Positions 32,968 to 49,510 of a stretch of 64,000 nucleotides of DNA are shown here, one piece after another. The stretch lies in NCBI RefSeq assembly GCF_009914755.1, contig NC_060926.1; one strand, 5' to 3'. Origin of the DNA: the human T2T-CHM13v2.0 reference genome, Homo sapiens. Each line of letters opens with the position of its first letter. The first letter of the stretch is position 1. Both the position numbers and the translations under genes were made by a program. The notes beneath the pieces were generated by a model. That model saw nothing but the letters and a program-made list of their open reading frames with translations. It was not told the DNA's origin and made no database searches.

Positions 32968-33085
32968 AAAGCTCACTGCATCCTTGACCTCCGGGGCTCA
33001 AGTAGGCTCAAGTGATCCTCTCGCCTCAGCCTCCTGAATAGCTGGGACTACAAGCATGGCTACCACGCCCAACTAGTTTTTGATT
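32968..33085 (-). mobile_element. Alu fragment
   Basis: gctcactgcatccttgacctcc...ctcagcctcctgaatagctgggactaca. Confidence 0.8.
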
Positions 33086-33916
33086 TTGGAATAAGGGGCT
33101 CTGCATTTTCATTTGTGCTGGGCTTGCACATTATGCAGCTGGTCCTGACCTCATGCTAATCTTGGAGGGCCGGAGTCAGCATGGATGGGCAGGGGGCTTT
33201 ATTTGTCTCTGCCTAAGGAGATTCCTGTGGCTATTCCTAAAAAGAAGCAGATTTTCAAAACCTTTTATTTGGAAATATTTAAGATCTAGACAAAAGTTGC
33301 CAAGTATGGTACAAAGAGTATTTTGTCCTAAGCCATTTGACATGAGGGTGCCAACCTCCTGGCCCATCATTCTGAACTCGAGTGTGTGTTCTCCAGTTAA
33401 GGACTTTCTCCTACATAACCACAACACAGCCTTCCAAACGATGAAATTAACATGGACACAGCACTCTCGTCTAATCCCCAGACCCCAGTCGCGGCTCATC
33501 CATTTTTCCCAGTGTCCTTTGTAGCAGAAGGATCCCACTAAGGCTCATGTGTTGCACCTAGTTGTTTTGTTTCTTCAGTTTCCTTCCATTTGGAATAATT
33601 CCTCAGTCTTTCTTTGACTTTTATAACCTTGTAGCTGGATATTTTTTTGAAATTCCGGCCAATTATTTGTAGAATGTCCCCCACATTGGTTTTGTCTGAT
33701 GTTTCCTGTGTTTAGATTTAGGCTGTGTGTCTTGGGTGTGAGTGTAACACTGATGCTGCGTGGCTGTCTTTGTGCCCTATCAGGTGGGATGATTGTGATT
33801 CGTTTGGTTACCACACTGTTAACTGTGATCATTTGATTACACTAGCATTTGCTGGGTGTCCCCGCTAATCGTTCATCTACTCCCCTTTCTCATGTCAGAA
33901 TTTTGTGACTTTGTAA

Positions 33917-34280
<364 letters not shown>

Positions 34281-34287
34281 TGAAGTG

Positions 34288-34582
<295 letters not shown>

Positions 34583-34879
34583 GTACCCAGGAGTTTTAAT
34601 ATCACTGCTGTTTCTTGGTTGAATTCATTATTGCTTTGATGATTGCTAAATAGTGATATTCTCAGTTATTTTTCCTGCATTAGTCAGTTGGCATTTCGTG
34701 GTCAGGAAAAGCTTTCTCCTCTCCTATTTATTTACTGTGGTATGGATTTGGGTATTTCTATTTTATTCAATTGTTTAATCTGTTACTGTTATTATGTATT
34801 TTCATGTTTCTATTGTCTCAGATTTGGCCTGTGGGAGCTCTTGAAAGTTGGCTTCTGTGTCCTTTTGACATGTTTTTAC

Positions 34880-35193
34880 TTTTTATTATTTATTTATTAT
34901 TTTATTTTATGTTTTTGAGGCAGAGTCTTGCTCTGTAACCCAGGCTGGAGTGCAGTGGTGTGATCGACTCATTGCGACCTCTGCCGCCAAGGTTCAAGCG
35001 ATTCTCCTGCCTCAGCCTCCTGAGTAGCAGGGATTACAGGTGCATGCCACCACGCCTGGCTAATATGTTTGTATTTTTAGTAGAGATGGGGTTTCACCAT
35101 GTTGGCCAGGCTGGTCTCAAACTCCTGACCTCAAGAGATCCGCCTGGCTCGGCCTCCCAAAGGGATTACAGGCATGAACCACCTCGCCCAGGC
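34880..35193 (-). mobile_element. Alu (S-like), (TTTA)n tail
   Basis: Full dimer. Confidence 0.92.
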
Positions 35194-36717
35194 TCTTTTG
35201 ATGTGTTTTTAAGAATCAGTCATTCATTGAGCATTTCCTTCCTTTCTGGTGCAAGAAGATGGTCCAGGCTCATCTTGTATCTTCCCTGCCCTAGCCCTGG
35301 AAGTAGTTATTTCTCCAAAGAGCCCAACTTACCTTTTGCTGAAGTGGAAGAAAGTCCCAGGACAGTTGTTAAAAGTGCAAATACCCAGGCCCACCCTAGA
35401 CCTACTGAACTGGCATCTCTAGGAGTCAGGTGTGGCATCTGGGCGGAGGGGAGGACTTTCTTCTTTTCCCCTCCACGGGTTGCAGGAGCTGAAGGGACTG
35501 GCTGCTCACGTGGCGACACCTGGTGGTGATTCAGGAACCCACAGGGCAGGTTATGTTCATTCCTTGGGTGAGGGAATTCAAGGGTCTCAGTTGCCTTTGT
35601 TGACCTCCTCCTGGGTCTCCTGGGATGCTGAGCTAGCTCTTGTCTCCTTCCTCAGTGTTCTGAGCCCTGCTTTCCACCAGTGCTGCTCTCCTTAGTGTGG
35701 CTGTCCCCAGGCCCCAGTCTGGAGAGTTCAAGCTCAAGAGCTGAGTATGTCGGGAGCCTTCAGGCCCTTCTCTCTTGGGACTGAGTTTGCTCTGTGAGTC
35801 CCTGGACGTCCCTAACATCATTCAGCAGAAAGGTCCAGTGAACTGTGCCAGAGCCACTCAGAGGGACATTATGCCTCAGGAAAAATTGTGTTTATAAAGG
35901 GTTTGTCAAAACCTGGGGAGAGCTTATTGCCTGACATTCAGTAAAAGAAAATCATTTTGCATACAGCAGATCTGTCTACTATTTGTTTGAAAGATTGGAG
36001 AGAACTGGAATGTGGAGTCACGGAATTATGGACAATTGGTTTTCTTTTGCCTTATTTTTCCTCTTTAAGCTTTCTGTGCTTCCCAAACTTTCTTAGAGTA
36101 TCCGTTGCACTAATTTGAGAGACTGGCTGCCCCAGGAGGCTTGCTGGACCTGTGGAGCCGGGACAGGGCTCAGGCAGGCCCGGGAGCAGCCAGGCTGCAG
36201 ATCCTGCTGAGGTTGTGCCGTTCCCAGGTTCAGGGTGAGGGTTGGGGTGGGGTGGGCGCATGGGCAACCCGACCTCGCCTGTGAGGGATGTCACCAGTCC
36301 CTCTCCTCTCTGGCCGGTGCAAGCCGGGGCAGCTGAGGATGTGCTGGGGGGCAGGAAGGAAGAGGGCTCTGCAAGCCTGGCAGCACACTGAGACCCTCTC
36401 AGTGCTAGCTGCAGCCTGAGCAAAGCAGAGCAAAGCTGAGTTGTCCCTGGAGAAGTAGGGGCAAGCCATTGACTGAGCAGAGTGGCCAAAGGGACATTTT
36501 CCTGAAGACAGGCCAAGTGGATAGTGGGAAAAATCCTGCAGGTGAGGTTGGATCCCTGATTCATTTGCAGAAGTCCACTACGTGCTACATCAACTAATTT
36601 GCTCCACATTTGACCTGTGAGGAAGGTGCTATTGCTATGACTAACCCCAATTTTATAGATGAGGAAACTGAGGCACAGGGCGGTCACAGATCTTGCCTAA
36701 GGTCACACAGCTCCTGA

Positions 36718-37047
<330 letters not shown>

Positions 37048-38360
37048 TAGCCCACGTTGGCCTGGCTGGGCCCCAGCAAGAAGGCCGGCAGTGGCACTTG
37101 AGCCTGGGGGCTGGGAGCTGCAGCGAGGCTTCCCAGCCTTTGCTGCCCTCCCCAGGTTGGAGGCTGCCCAGGCCTGGAAAGAAGAGGGTGCAGTGGGTGG
37201 GAAGTCCTGAGGGCTGCCTTCTGCTGTGCAGAAAGAAGGGGCAGCAGGCACGTTCCCTTGGGCGGTGCAGGGAGTAATGTGAGGGTGCCTCCAAGCCCCA
37301 GCTGCCTGGGGACGGGGCTGAGCCCAGGCTGGGTGTTCTGAGCTGTGCAGTTCCAAGAAGGGTGTGTGGGGATGGGGTCTGACCCAGGTGATACCTGAGG
37401 CCCCACAAACTCCCCAGAACCGAATGTTTCCCTACCTCAGCACCCAGCAGGCCTTTGGTGATGGTGTGTGACAAAAGAACTAGTTTTTTTTCTTGAAAGA
37501 GCCCTGAACTGAACTTCAGGGTTCCAGTCCTGCCTTTGACACTGAGTCTCTGTGTGACTTTGGGCTGATTACTTTCCCTCTCTGGGCCCATAGATTATTT
37601 GTGAAGGGAGCAGACTAAGTTAGCTAAGTGCTGTGCCTGTCTCAGCTCTCTTCACTTGGTTCTGCCAGGCTGGTCAAGCGAGGACCCAGCCCGGGGTGGC
37701 TGGCTCTCCACTGGTGGGCCTGGGTGTGGGAGCCTCCATGTGGTCCAGCCTGCTGGGGTTGGGAGGAAGCTACATAGACGGGCTAGTGGGCACTTGCCCA
37801 TGGGAAAGATTCTAGAGTTTTTCTCTTAGTGAAGGGAGCTAGAAGCAAGCACAGCATTAAAACCGGAGCAGCCCATGTCTCAATTGAGTGTGCCCTGTGC
37901 CTGACCTGGGGCCAGCCCAGCACAGGGCTCTGTGGTGAGGTCGGCAGAGCAGAGCTGTCTTGTTGGGGCTCAGCACTGTCCGAGCTTAGAGATGGGAGAT
38001 CAGTCTGGACTGGAGTAACCTGGTAATCCTGAGCTGTGTGGCTGGAGTGGGCTCAGGGGAGGAAGGAGAGGTGCCCGTGGTGGCAGAGGGTGGGGAGCAG
38101 GGAGGGTCCGAATACTCTGGGACTGTGTTGAGGTGGATCTGACAGAGTTAGGTGCAGGCCAATCAGTGGAGGCTTCCAGACACGCCTGGGAGGTGGTGAG
38201 AAGGAACAGGTGCCACTGGGCTCCACAGCTATTTCTGAGCTTTGCACCAGGCTGGGGTGGGCGGGGAAGGCAGGGTTGGGGATGGAGGTGCAGTAGGTTG
38301 GTTTCCTTCACCCCAACCTCCTCCCTCCCCTCCCGGGGTTATGCCCTGCCCACAAGACAG

Positions 38361-38453
38361 GCGGGGGACAGAGCCGGGCCGAGACTTGGTCCCTGCTCAG
38401 TGACAGCACCATGGACACGAGATACTCTGGAAAGAAGTGGCCGGCCCCCACGG
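38361..38453 (+). CDS. DYSF: Dysferlin alternative cassette exon 5a (93 nt, phase 1-1)
   Basis: cacaagacag|GCGGGGGA...CCCACGG|gtgaga; encodes GGGQSRAETWSLLSDSTMDTRYSGKKWPAPT and preserves frame; matches the known 31-aa exon 5a insert. Confidence 0.92.
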
Positions 38454-38820
38454 GTGAGACACGGGCCAGGACTGTCCTGATCCCAGACCCTCCCTGTAAC
38501 TGTCTCACTAGCTGCCATGGTCAGCTTGCTGGAGCGGGGCCAGGTGGCAGAGGACTCCTCCTGCAGGACTTGGCGGGTGGGAGGGCTAGGGCCATTCTGT
38601 TTTCTTCCTGTTGACTAACTGGACTGACTGCCCTCAAGTTTCAGCTGCTGGAAGCTCCTCTTCTTTCTACCTTATCCATCCTGGCTCACTGATGGGGAGG
38701 GAGGAGGGAGAGGAAGAGGGGATGAGTCTTAGGGCCCATGCCTTTTGGATCTTCTGCCCCCTGGGCTGGGTCCCAGGGGCAGGGGCAGGGGCAGGGCCAG
38801 AGGGATCCAGGCCTCATTAG

Positions 38821-39267
<447 letters not shown>

Positions 39268-40623
39268 TAAAAAAAAAAAAAAAAAAAAAGTCACTGCAGA
39301 GATTCAGCATGTCTTTGCATCTCTGATCAGAGAAAAACCTGATTTTTCTAACCAGGGTATATCCAACCAGCAAGCTCCTGGCTATTCAGGTGTGGTCTGT
39401 GTCCAGCACCTTCCGCATCACCTGTATACTTGTTAGACATGCAGAGTCTACTCAGACCTGCTCTACCAGAATCTGCATTTTAACAAGATCCTTACCTCAA
39501 AGAAGCTCTGTCTAACATCTTTTTTTTCTCCTTATATCTATCCCCCTGCATATAGCCATGGATTTTTCTGAGAGTCATGTGGAATTTGAATTTGTTCAAG
39601 CTCATCACAGAATAAAAGCTATTAATATGAACACTTTGACACATTTTTATCCAAAAATCCATCCCATTTTATTTGCTTTTAACTTTGGTCCTTTGCCTAT
39701 TTTTTTTTTCTTTTCAAAAGAATTTTCTATTTTGATGTAGTCACACAGTGATATTTAACTCTTTACAACTACTTTTAAGGTTAAAAGCAAGAATCTTAAA
39801 TCTCTATTTATAATACTAAGTGCAACAAATTGCAAAAATATATTTCTATTCTAAATCATGGTAATTTAAGCAGAAGTCCTAGCTCTAACCACTGTTTGCC
39901 CCAAAAGACAAAATTCTAGCCCCCATACTACTATTCCCCAAACATGTTCATATTGCCTTTGTTCTCTTTATGGAAATACCATATGTTTATTTTAGACACT
40001 TTGGAAAATATATTAAAATGAGGAGATTAAAAATCACTCATCCATCTTCCCATTGCTATTAAGAATATATCCTCCCATATTATGCAATTTACAAAAAAAA
40101 AAACAGTTGGTCAGTAAATAACAGTTGATTCTAAAGTGGAGCCAGTAAATATCTTATTTTTTTCCATAGAATTGCCTTAATATTGTAAAATTTCATATTT
40201 TAAAATATCTTACCTAATATTTGGAAGCATAGACGTTCTTGAAGTCTTCATTTACTTACAGCTCAATGGCAAAAATTCTTAATTTATTTCTCAGAATGTA
40301 AGAAAGCATTGCATCTTATAAAGAATAAAGACTATTTCTGGGGTCACTTCACTGTGTAAGTTCGACCTCTGAGGGAATTGTCAATAAAGAATATTCAAGC
40401 CACTTAAAAATGCCAGTATCAATGGGGTCTCGGGTGGGGCTTGTGCCAATGGCTGAATGACATAAATGGGGGCTGTATCTGCCCACCCCTGGGGTTTAAT
40501 GTGGGTAGCCGACGAGGGGCAGCCTGGCAGCTCTTCTATGGAGCTGTGGAATTTTATAGATGTAAGGGGCCTTGGTGGGAAAATATGATAGTTCGTATAA
40601 TGCTCTTCCTAATTCCTTTTTAA

Positions 40624-40989
<366 letters not shown>

Positions 40990-41300
40990 TGAGATGTGCT
41001 GGCTCCCAAGGAGGTTATCTGTGGGACTGGAGAAAGGGCTCCTGCTCTTACTTCTCCTGCTGCTCCACATCCCTGTCACCCTATAGGGCCAGCCACCCAC
41101 CCAACCCTGAAATGACCACGTCTGTGAGGCCAGGGGCAGATCACCCCAGAACTTGTCCAATCCCCAGAACTGTGCCCAATCCACATTTTCTGAGGGGACT
41201 AAACTGCTAGGCGTGGAGGCTTGGGGGTGGTGGTCCTCCCTCTCCCTGGCCTGAGGGATCAGCAGGCACTGATATGTCTCTCTTTGCTCTGAACCAACAG

Positions 41301-41363
41301 ACTCTTTTCTTCAACTTGTTTGACTCTCCTGGGGAGCTGTTTGATGAGCCCATCTTTATCACG
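41301..41363 (+). CDS. DYSF: Dysferlin exon 8 (63 nt; C2B)
   Basis: gaaccaacag|ACTCTT...ATCACG|gtatgt; encodes [21 protein letters not shown]. Confidence 0.96.
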
Positions 41364-41399
41364 GTATGTCTCAGCAGTCAAAGTGTTCTCCGTGGGCTG

Positions 41400-41525
41400 T
41401 ATGTATGCACATAGGTGTCAGTGCACACGCGTGTGTGTTTGTGCACGTGTGTGCATGTGCACGTCAGTGTGAATGCGTGAATGCGTGTGTGTGCCTGTCG
41501 GTGTGTATGTGAGTATGTGCGTGAG
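41400..41525. repeat. Degenerate (TG/CG/CA)n purine-pyrimidine alternating tract
   Basis: gtgcacacgcgtgtgtgtttgtgcacgtgtgtgcatgtgcacgt just downstream of exon 8. Confidence 0.75.
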
Positions 41526-42109
41526 AGGGAGACGTGTTAAAGCCTGACATATGGATGATGTGGAGTAACTCACAGTCAGGCTCTACGGGTCACAGAAATG
41601 CCTGCAACAGCTCAGCTGGCAGGCAGCAGCTGCGGGAGAGCCCACTGCTCAGCATCCCCCTGGGGCCTCAGGTCAGGGTCCTTAAATCACTTGTGGCAAT
41701 GAACATTTAAGGTTCCATCTTATTTTGTTAATCCACGTGCCTGCTTCTGACTGAGATTCTCTTTCTCTCTGGGCCTTGGCTCTTCCCCCATCTCCTCTGA
41801 AGCGCACTGCAGCCTAGTGGCTCTAAGTGTAGGCTCCGGCACTAGAGTGGATTCCAGCTCTGTCTATGCCGTGTAGGGATTGTGTTTTCTGTACAAGTCT
41901 CTGTGCCCCTATTTCACCTGTGAAATGGGGATAATGACAGTATCTGCTGATGGGGTTCCTGTGAGGGCTAAACACTGCTTAGAACAGTCTCTGGAATTGA
42001 GTAAGTGTGAAGTGTTGGCAGTTATTGTTTGGGAGGGAAGAGCTATTGGGTTGGCCGTGTGGGCCACATGTTCCCTGTGAATGTGAGTTTCCATGATCTT
42101 TCTCTGCAG

Positions 42110-42160
42110 GTGGTAGACTCTCGTTCTCTCAGGACAGATGCTCTCCTCGGGGAGTTCCGG
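42110..42160 (+). CDS. DYSF: Dysferlin exon 9 (51 nt; C2B)
   Basis: tttctctgcag|GTGGTA...TTCCGG|gtaatt; encodes VVDSRSLRTDALLGEFR. Confidence 0.96.
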
Positions 42161-42269
42161 GTAATTGCTTATTTTCTATGAAAGCAGTCAGTTCTCACTT
42201 CTCCGTGTTGGTGGAGCCTCTGTGGACCATGGGCAGGGGCTCCAGAGATCCTGTGTTTCTCTGCTTTGG

Positions 42270-43065
42270 GAAAATATAATTTCAAAGAACAACGCCAAGC
42301 CCTCTGCACAGCATCTCCTTTCACCCCAGAAAACCTCTCCACAAAGGTAGAAGAGAAAGAAAGCACTTTTTGTCACTGAAGAGGCCTTAAACCAGAGTGA
42401 GATGTACATCACAGGCAATGATCCACTAAGATGCTGCAAAGACAGAAAGAAATCTCACGCTAATTTAGCCAGCGGGTCCAACCCATTGCCCACCACATAC
42501 GTTCTCAAGAGAAGCTATGCCCCACCCTCAGGTCAGGGGACTTTACATTTCAGACCTCCTGAGAATGACATTTGTATACTAAAGCTGACAAATGGCTTAT
42601 TTAGTTTCTTAAAAAGATGTATAGCACCTTTGGTCACACCGAGTTCATCCCAAAGTCACCTGGTAATCGGGGTGACCATCTATGTTAGCTAATTTGTTGT
42701 GTCCAGAAGACCAAACAAAAATCAAACTCATATTTTTATGACAGGAAGTAGTTTTACAACTTGGAGCAAGGTGCGCACGGGAGTTAGGCTCCTATCTTCC
42801 GACAGAAGCTGGGACACAGGGGAGCCGTCTCCCTTGGTGTTTATATTTCAGACGTCCTGAGAATGATATTTGTATACTAAAGCTGACAAAAGGCTTATTT
42901 AGTTTCTTAAAAAGATGCATTTCAAAGAGACAGGGAAAGTGTAATATATTTACAAGTTTTCTAAGGTAAGTGTTCTGACAAAAAGAGAGGGGAGGGAAGT
43001 ACTTCTTCCCTTATTTCCAACAAGCAGAATCAAGACCCTTATTTGTAATTTGGATTTTCCCCCAC
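42270..43065 (-). mobile_element. ERV1-class LTR remnant (MER34/MER39-like) with an internal 81-bp duplication
   Basis: cctctccacaaaggtagaagagaaagaaaag...catcacaggcaatgatccactaag resembles a recalled LTR consensus. Confidence 0.5.
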
Positions 43066-43348
43066 CTCTGGGAAGGCCGTGTGAGATCTGAGTTTGGGCA
43101 GCCCTCCTCCTCATCCTGGCCATCTTGGGCCAGTGAGACCCAGCGCTCTCTGCCCTGACATCACTCTCACCCTGGGATGGGAGTGGGGTTCAGATATGGA
43201 TCCCTGGGGGAGGGAGAGGCAGTGGAGAGAGGGGAACCCTGCCCCAGCCTCCTCACTTGTCCCAGACAGTCCAGAAGTGAATAGTCCTCTTCTGAGAACC
43301 GAGAGCCAATGGATTTAACAGATTACGTAAAGTAAAGGTAACTAGTAA

Positions 43349-43686
<338 letters not shown>

Positions 43687-43931
43687 GCATGGTGTTTTAA
43701 TGTAATTTGATGTAATTGTTACTAATTTTCTCATTTTGAAATTTTCAAGGATTTCTCAAAAGGAAAGAAAGAGCACAAGCTTATTTTCCCCTCTCCCCTC
43801 TATCCAAGTATATCATGCCTTCCTTCTTTAAATTTGTATTTTAAATATGAATTTAAAATAAGGGGCTTGGTTCTGCCTGTTGTCAGAAGTTACCTTAGAA
43901 TTATTTATTCTGCCCAATAAATAATTGCTGG

Positions 43932-44332
<401 letters not shown>

Positions 44333-44774
44333 TCACAAGATAAAAAACTAAGTCTGTTTACCTGGAGAAGCATTTTTTAAAAGAATGAGCTTGAGCCCAA
44401 GTCATTCTGTAACAAATTAAATCTTAATTATGTTTTGAGTCTTGTTCTGAGAACCCAAGGGTTAAGTCAAAAAATTATTTTACTTGTATCTAATTATAAA
44501 AGTAATCTATGATTTAAAAAAAAGACGACTTTTTAAAACAGACTGTTGTAGGTTCACAGCAAAAATTAAGTGGAATGTACACAGTTCCCATATACTCCCT
44601 GCCCCCTGCCCCTGCTGCCCCCTGCAGCCTTCCCCACTATCATCATCCCAATCATCTGTGGATTTTTAATAGAAAATTGTAAAACACAGGAAGGAATAAA
44701 AAATGAAATAAAAATAATCCAAATCTACCATGCAGGGATAACATAGTCCTATTGTGTTGAATTTCCTTTCCTCT

Positions 44775-45174
<400 letters not shown>

Positions 45175-45299
45175 TGACTGCCTGTGTTTCCAAATGTTCT
45201 TCAAAAACATGGTTTTTAATGGAATCATATAATGCACCACACTTTATTTAACGCTTTGGCGGCAAGAGTTTGATTTGTGTCTCCTCTCATTGATTGCAG

Positions 45300-45330
45300 A
45301 TGGACGTGGGCACCATTTACAGAGAGCCCC
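45300..45330 (+). CDS. DYSF: Dysferlin exon 10 (31 nt)
   Basis: tgattgcag|ATGGAC...GAGCCCC|gtgagt; encodes MDVGTIYREP(R). Confidence 0.95.
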
Positions 45331-45876
45331 GTGAGTTCTCACCACTTTGGCCGTATCCTTGCATTTTGGTTCTGGAGGCTGATTGGGGACACTCATTTGG
45401 GGTCCTCACTGTCCCTCCTGGGGGTTTTAGAATCTAGAGGAAGGGTTTGATCTTGGGAGAGAAAGCAGGTCATTCATCCTCCATGTGAGACAGGCCCTCG
45501 GGAGGGTGTAACACTCACCTGTGTCTCCGTTGGCCCATTCAGGGAGGCTAGATCTGAAAGGCCCCATTACTGGACACTGGGCTCACGGCAGACAGGGACA
45601 GGTCATTTGGGTGACAAGCCAGGATTTCTCCTCACCCTGGTTTCCATTCTGATCTGGTCACTTCCTGAAGGGGAGGAAAATGCCTTGGGTTTGGCTCTGC
45701 CAGCCTCTTACAGGCGTTTCTGTTAATATTTCTGACTCTGACCACATGAACACTCAAAGTACCTTTTGATTCTAGAATCTGAGTCCTGAGCTCATGGCCC
45801 AGCGGATGAGTCCTTTACCTCCCCTGTGCAGTCCATCCTGGGTTCCCGGATGTGGCCACAGCCTGGGGTCTTCTGA

Positions 45877-46125
<249 letters not shown>

Positions 46126-48109
46126 TAAACTAATATGTGGTAATTAATGAGAAATGTGGAACATGTAGAAAGGTGTTAATAAAAAATGAATGCTCTGGGT
46201 GCAAGGTATTAATAAAAAATGAATCACTCATAATCCTACCACTCCGAGAGAGCTATTATTGTCTCATTGCACATCCCTCTGGAAGGATATATGCACATAT
46301 TTTCTTTTTGCAACAGTGAGATTATTCTATATATATTATATTGTGACTTGAATTTCATGGCCTAAGAATGTATCATGCTCATCTCCACATGTCAGTAAGT
46401 AAAGTTATAAGTTGGAGGTGGTAAGAATGAGAAAAATGTTGAGAGCAGGAGAGGTATCTGCATCTTTCTATGTTTGAGAAGAGGAGAAAAGGTTTGGAAT
46501 CATCTTTGTGGGAGAGGAGTGAGGGGTTAGATTTAATGAAAGGATTTCTGTACAAACACCAGAGCACCCACTCTGGGTTGGACGCTTTGTTTGTAGTGGA
46601 GCCACTTGCCTCATGGTGCTCAGCAGCGCAGAAGCAGAAGAGAGGCAGGTGGGTGGTGGACGTGTTGGGTGAGGGCAAGCCAGGAGTGCTGAAGGTCAGG
46701 GGTGAGGTGAAGGTCAGGGGTGAGGTACCTGAATATGGCTGATGGCTTTGTGCAGGGAGGGAGAGGAGGACAGGGCCCCTGGGGTCTCCTGCCATGCCTC
46801 GTGTCTCCCCCATCCTCACCACACACTGGCTCCTTGGCCACCTGGACGTGCTGCTTGGATGAATGTGGGTTTCTACTTCTCCACTTAGCTGGGCCCCGGG
46901 TGCTGTCCGCCTCTTCCTTTACCTGGGTATAGTTTACTCCTTATCTAATTCTCCTCATCTCCTTACTCCTTATCTCTCCTGGCTGTTCCCAGACTTTCTT
47001 CCCTTTCCTAAGCTCCAACCTCAGCTTCCCTTGGAGAGGCAGAGCTGCACAGCGATGAGTGGTGAGAGCTCTGGGAGCTCCTGTGGTCCTCAACTTGCCC
47101 CCCATCTTCATCCACCTTCCCTCCCTTCCTCCGCCCCTCCCGCTGCATTATCCCACCACCTCCTTGGCCATGACTTCACATCCTCCACTGTCTTCTTTAG
47201 CCTCCTCTTTCTGGTCTCTTCTCACACTTGTCTCCTCTGCCTCCTTCTCCATGATCTGTACCAGGCTCAAGATTTCCCCATCCTAAAACACCCCTTCCTT
47301 GACCCATTTCTCCCCACCCCTCCTCTCCACTACTATTTTCTCTCTCTCCTACTGCTGGTCATCACCAACTTTTGAAAGGGTGCACTGCATCCCCCTTTTT
47401 CCACTCCATTGCCAGCTGCTCATTCCTTCTCCTCTTCAGTAGGAATCCCACCACCTCCCCTCCCTGAAGCCACTGGTGTAAGGGTCACTCATTACCATAG
47501 CTTAGGAGCTCTCCTCTGTTGTTAGACTGCACCACTGCTCCATAGCGTTCGATTCTGGAGCCCACGCCTTATTTGAAACTGTCTCCTCCCTTAGTATTCA
47601 TGACTCTCCTTGCTCCTTTTCCAGTGGGTTCTTCAAATTCGATGTTGCAGTTCAGTCCCTGTTCCCTTGCTGTGTCCTGCCCGTCACTGTTGAGGAGTCC
47701 GTCTCTTTCAGACACCACCTGAGACTTGTAAATTGCTCTTCTCCAGCCTGGATCTTCTGAGCTCTGGACGCTCAGTTTCAGTTGCCTTGTCATCAGGCCA
47801 CATTAACATGTCCCTTAGGCCCCTCTAACTTATTATAGTAAATCTAACTTATTATAGCAAAGCCTGTATCATTTGCTGCCCACTCCCCACACCTGTTCCC
47901 CATCCCGTATTAGGTGACATCTTAGGAAATTGCATGATTATCCACTTAGTCCCCCAAACCAGAGGCCAGAGTTTCATTCTTTACCCCTCAATCCCCATGC
48001 AAGCAGTTGGCCAGTCTTGTTGGTGGAAAACCTCAGTGTACGCCTCTTCTTTTTCCCATCCCAAGACAGGAGTTTGAGGTCCAGCTCCCACTCTCTCTCA
48101 CTTGGGTCT

Positions 48110-48590
48110 CTTTGTGAATTACAATATAGGTTCAGCTGGTGTAACAAAGATGCCCCAAATAATAGGCATTAAGGAGGACAGAGGTTTATTTCTCTCTCAT
48201 GAATGCCACAGTCCAGAATTGGCACAGTGCTTCGGCAATGATCAGAGACCCAGGCTCCTGGTCTTTTCTCCACTGTGATCATCATGCAGCCTCCGTCACA
48301 TGGCCCAAGATGGTTGCTCCAGTTCCCATCACCATGTCTGTATTCCAGCCAGGGAAATGGGAGTAAAGGACAATGGAGGCCACATCTCTTCCTTCAAAGG
48401 CATGATCCAGAAGTTGTACACATTTATGCTTAGGTCCCATTGACAAGAACTTAGTCACATGGCCACATCTAACTACGAGGGAGCCTGGGAAATAAAGTCC
48501 ATCCTAATGCTGTCCAGCTAAAAATTGAGGGTTTGTTAGGGGAGGCAGAAAAGACTGGATTTGGGGGAACAACTAGCAGTCTCTGCCATC
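48110..48590. mobile_element. MLT1 (MaLR) LTR remnant
   Basis: gaggtttatttctctctcatg...ccaagatggttgctccag...gaacttagtcacatggccacatctaact...gaacaactagcagtctctgcca. Confidence 0.75.
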
Positions 48591-48609
48591 CATCCTAAGT
48601 GTCCTCTGA

Positions 48610-48966
<357 letters not shown>

Positions 48967-48969
48967 GCC

Positions 48970-49510
48970 AGTCATCACTTTTAAACCCAGGTAGAATCAC
49001 GCGTGTCTCCTCTTACAAAACCTCCAGTGACTTCCCACTGCTTTTAGGATAGAGTCCAAGATCCTTAGCATGACATTCAAGGCCCTTGACATTTGCCCTC
49101 AGCCTAGTTTCCCAATCCCACTTGCTGTTATGTATCTTCATGGGCCCCGTCTGTGGCCACACCAGATGATGTGACTCTTTCCAGAATGCTCTTCCATCCC
49201 TCTCTAGCCTTTTCCCCTGCTGGAATGCCTTCCCTCTCTTTGCCTACCAAGAGCCAATTTGTTCTTCCAGACCCAGTTCAGATGCTACTTCCTCCCTGAA
49301 GCTTGCCTCGTCTTCCAGGAAAATGTATTGGTCTTTCCTTTGGGCCACCACCCAGCCCTTTGGTAGTCTAATCAGTTTATGTGTCTGTCTTCATCACTGA
49401 GATTCAGTTTCTTGATGATGGGGACAATATAGCAAATGTGATATCTTTTATCTCCCCTCTTGCCTAGTACGGCAGGTCTTGTACACAGTAGGTGCTCAGT
49501 CAGTGCTTAT
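48970..49510. mobile_element. L2 remnant
   Basis: aaacctccagtgacttcccactgc...gagtccaagatccttagcatgacattcaaggccc...cacagtaggtgctcagt. Confidence 0.7.

Noticed and set aside
47824-47861. 19-bp tandem duplication tctaacttattatag(t/c)aaa
   Set aside because: Ordinary slippage duplication in an old repeat region with no functional hint.
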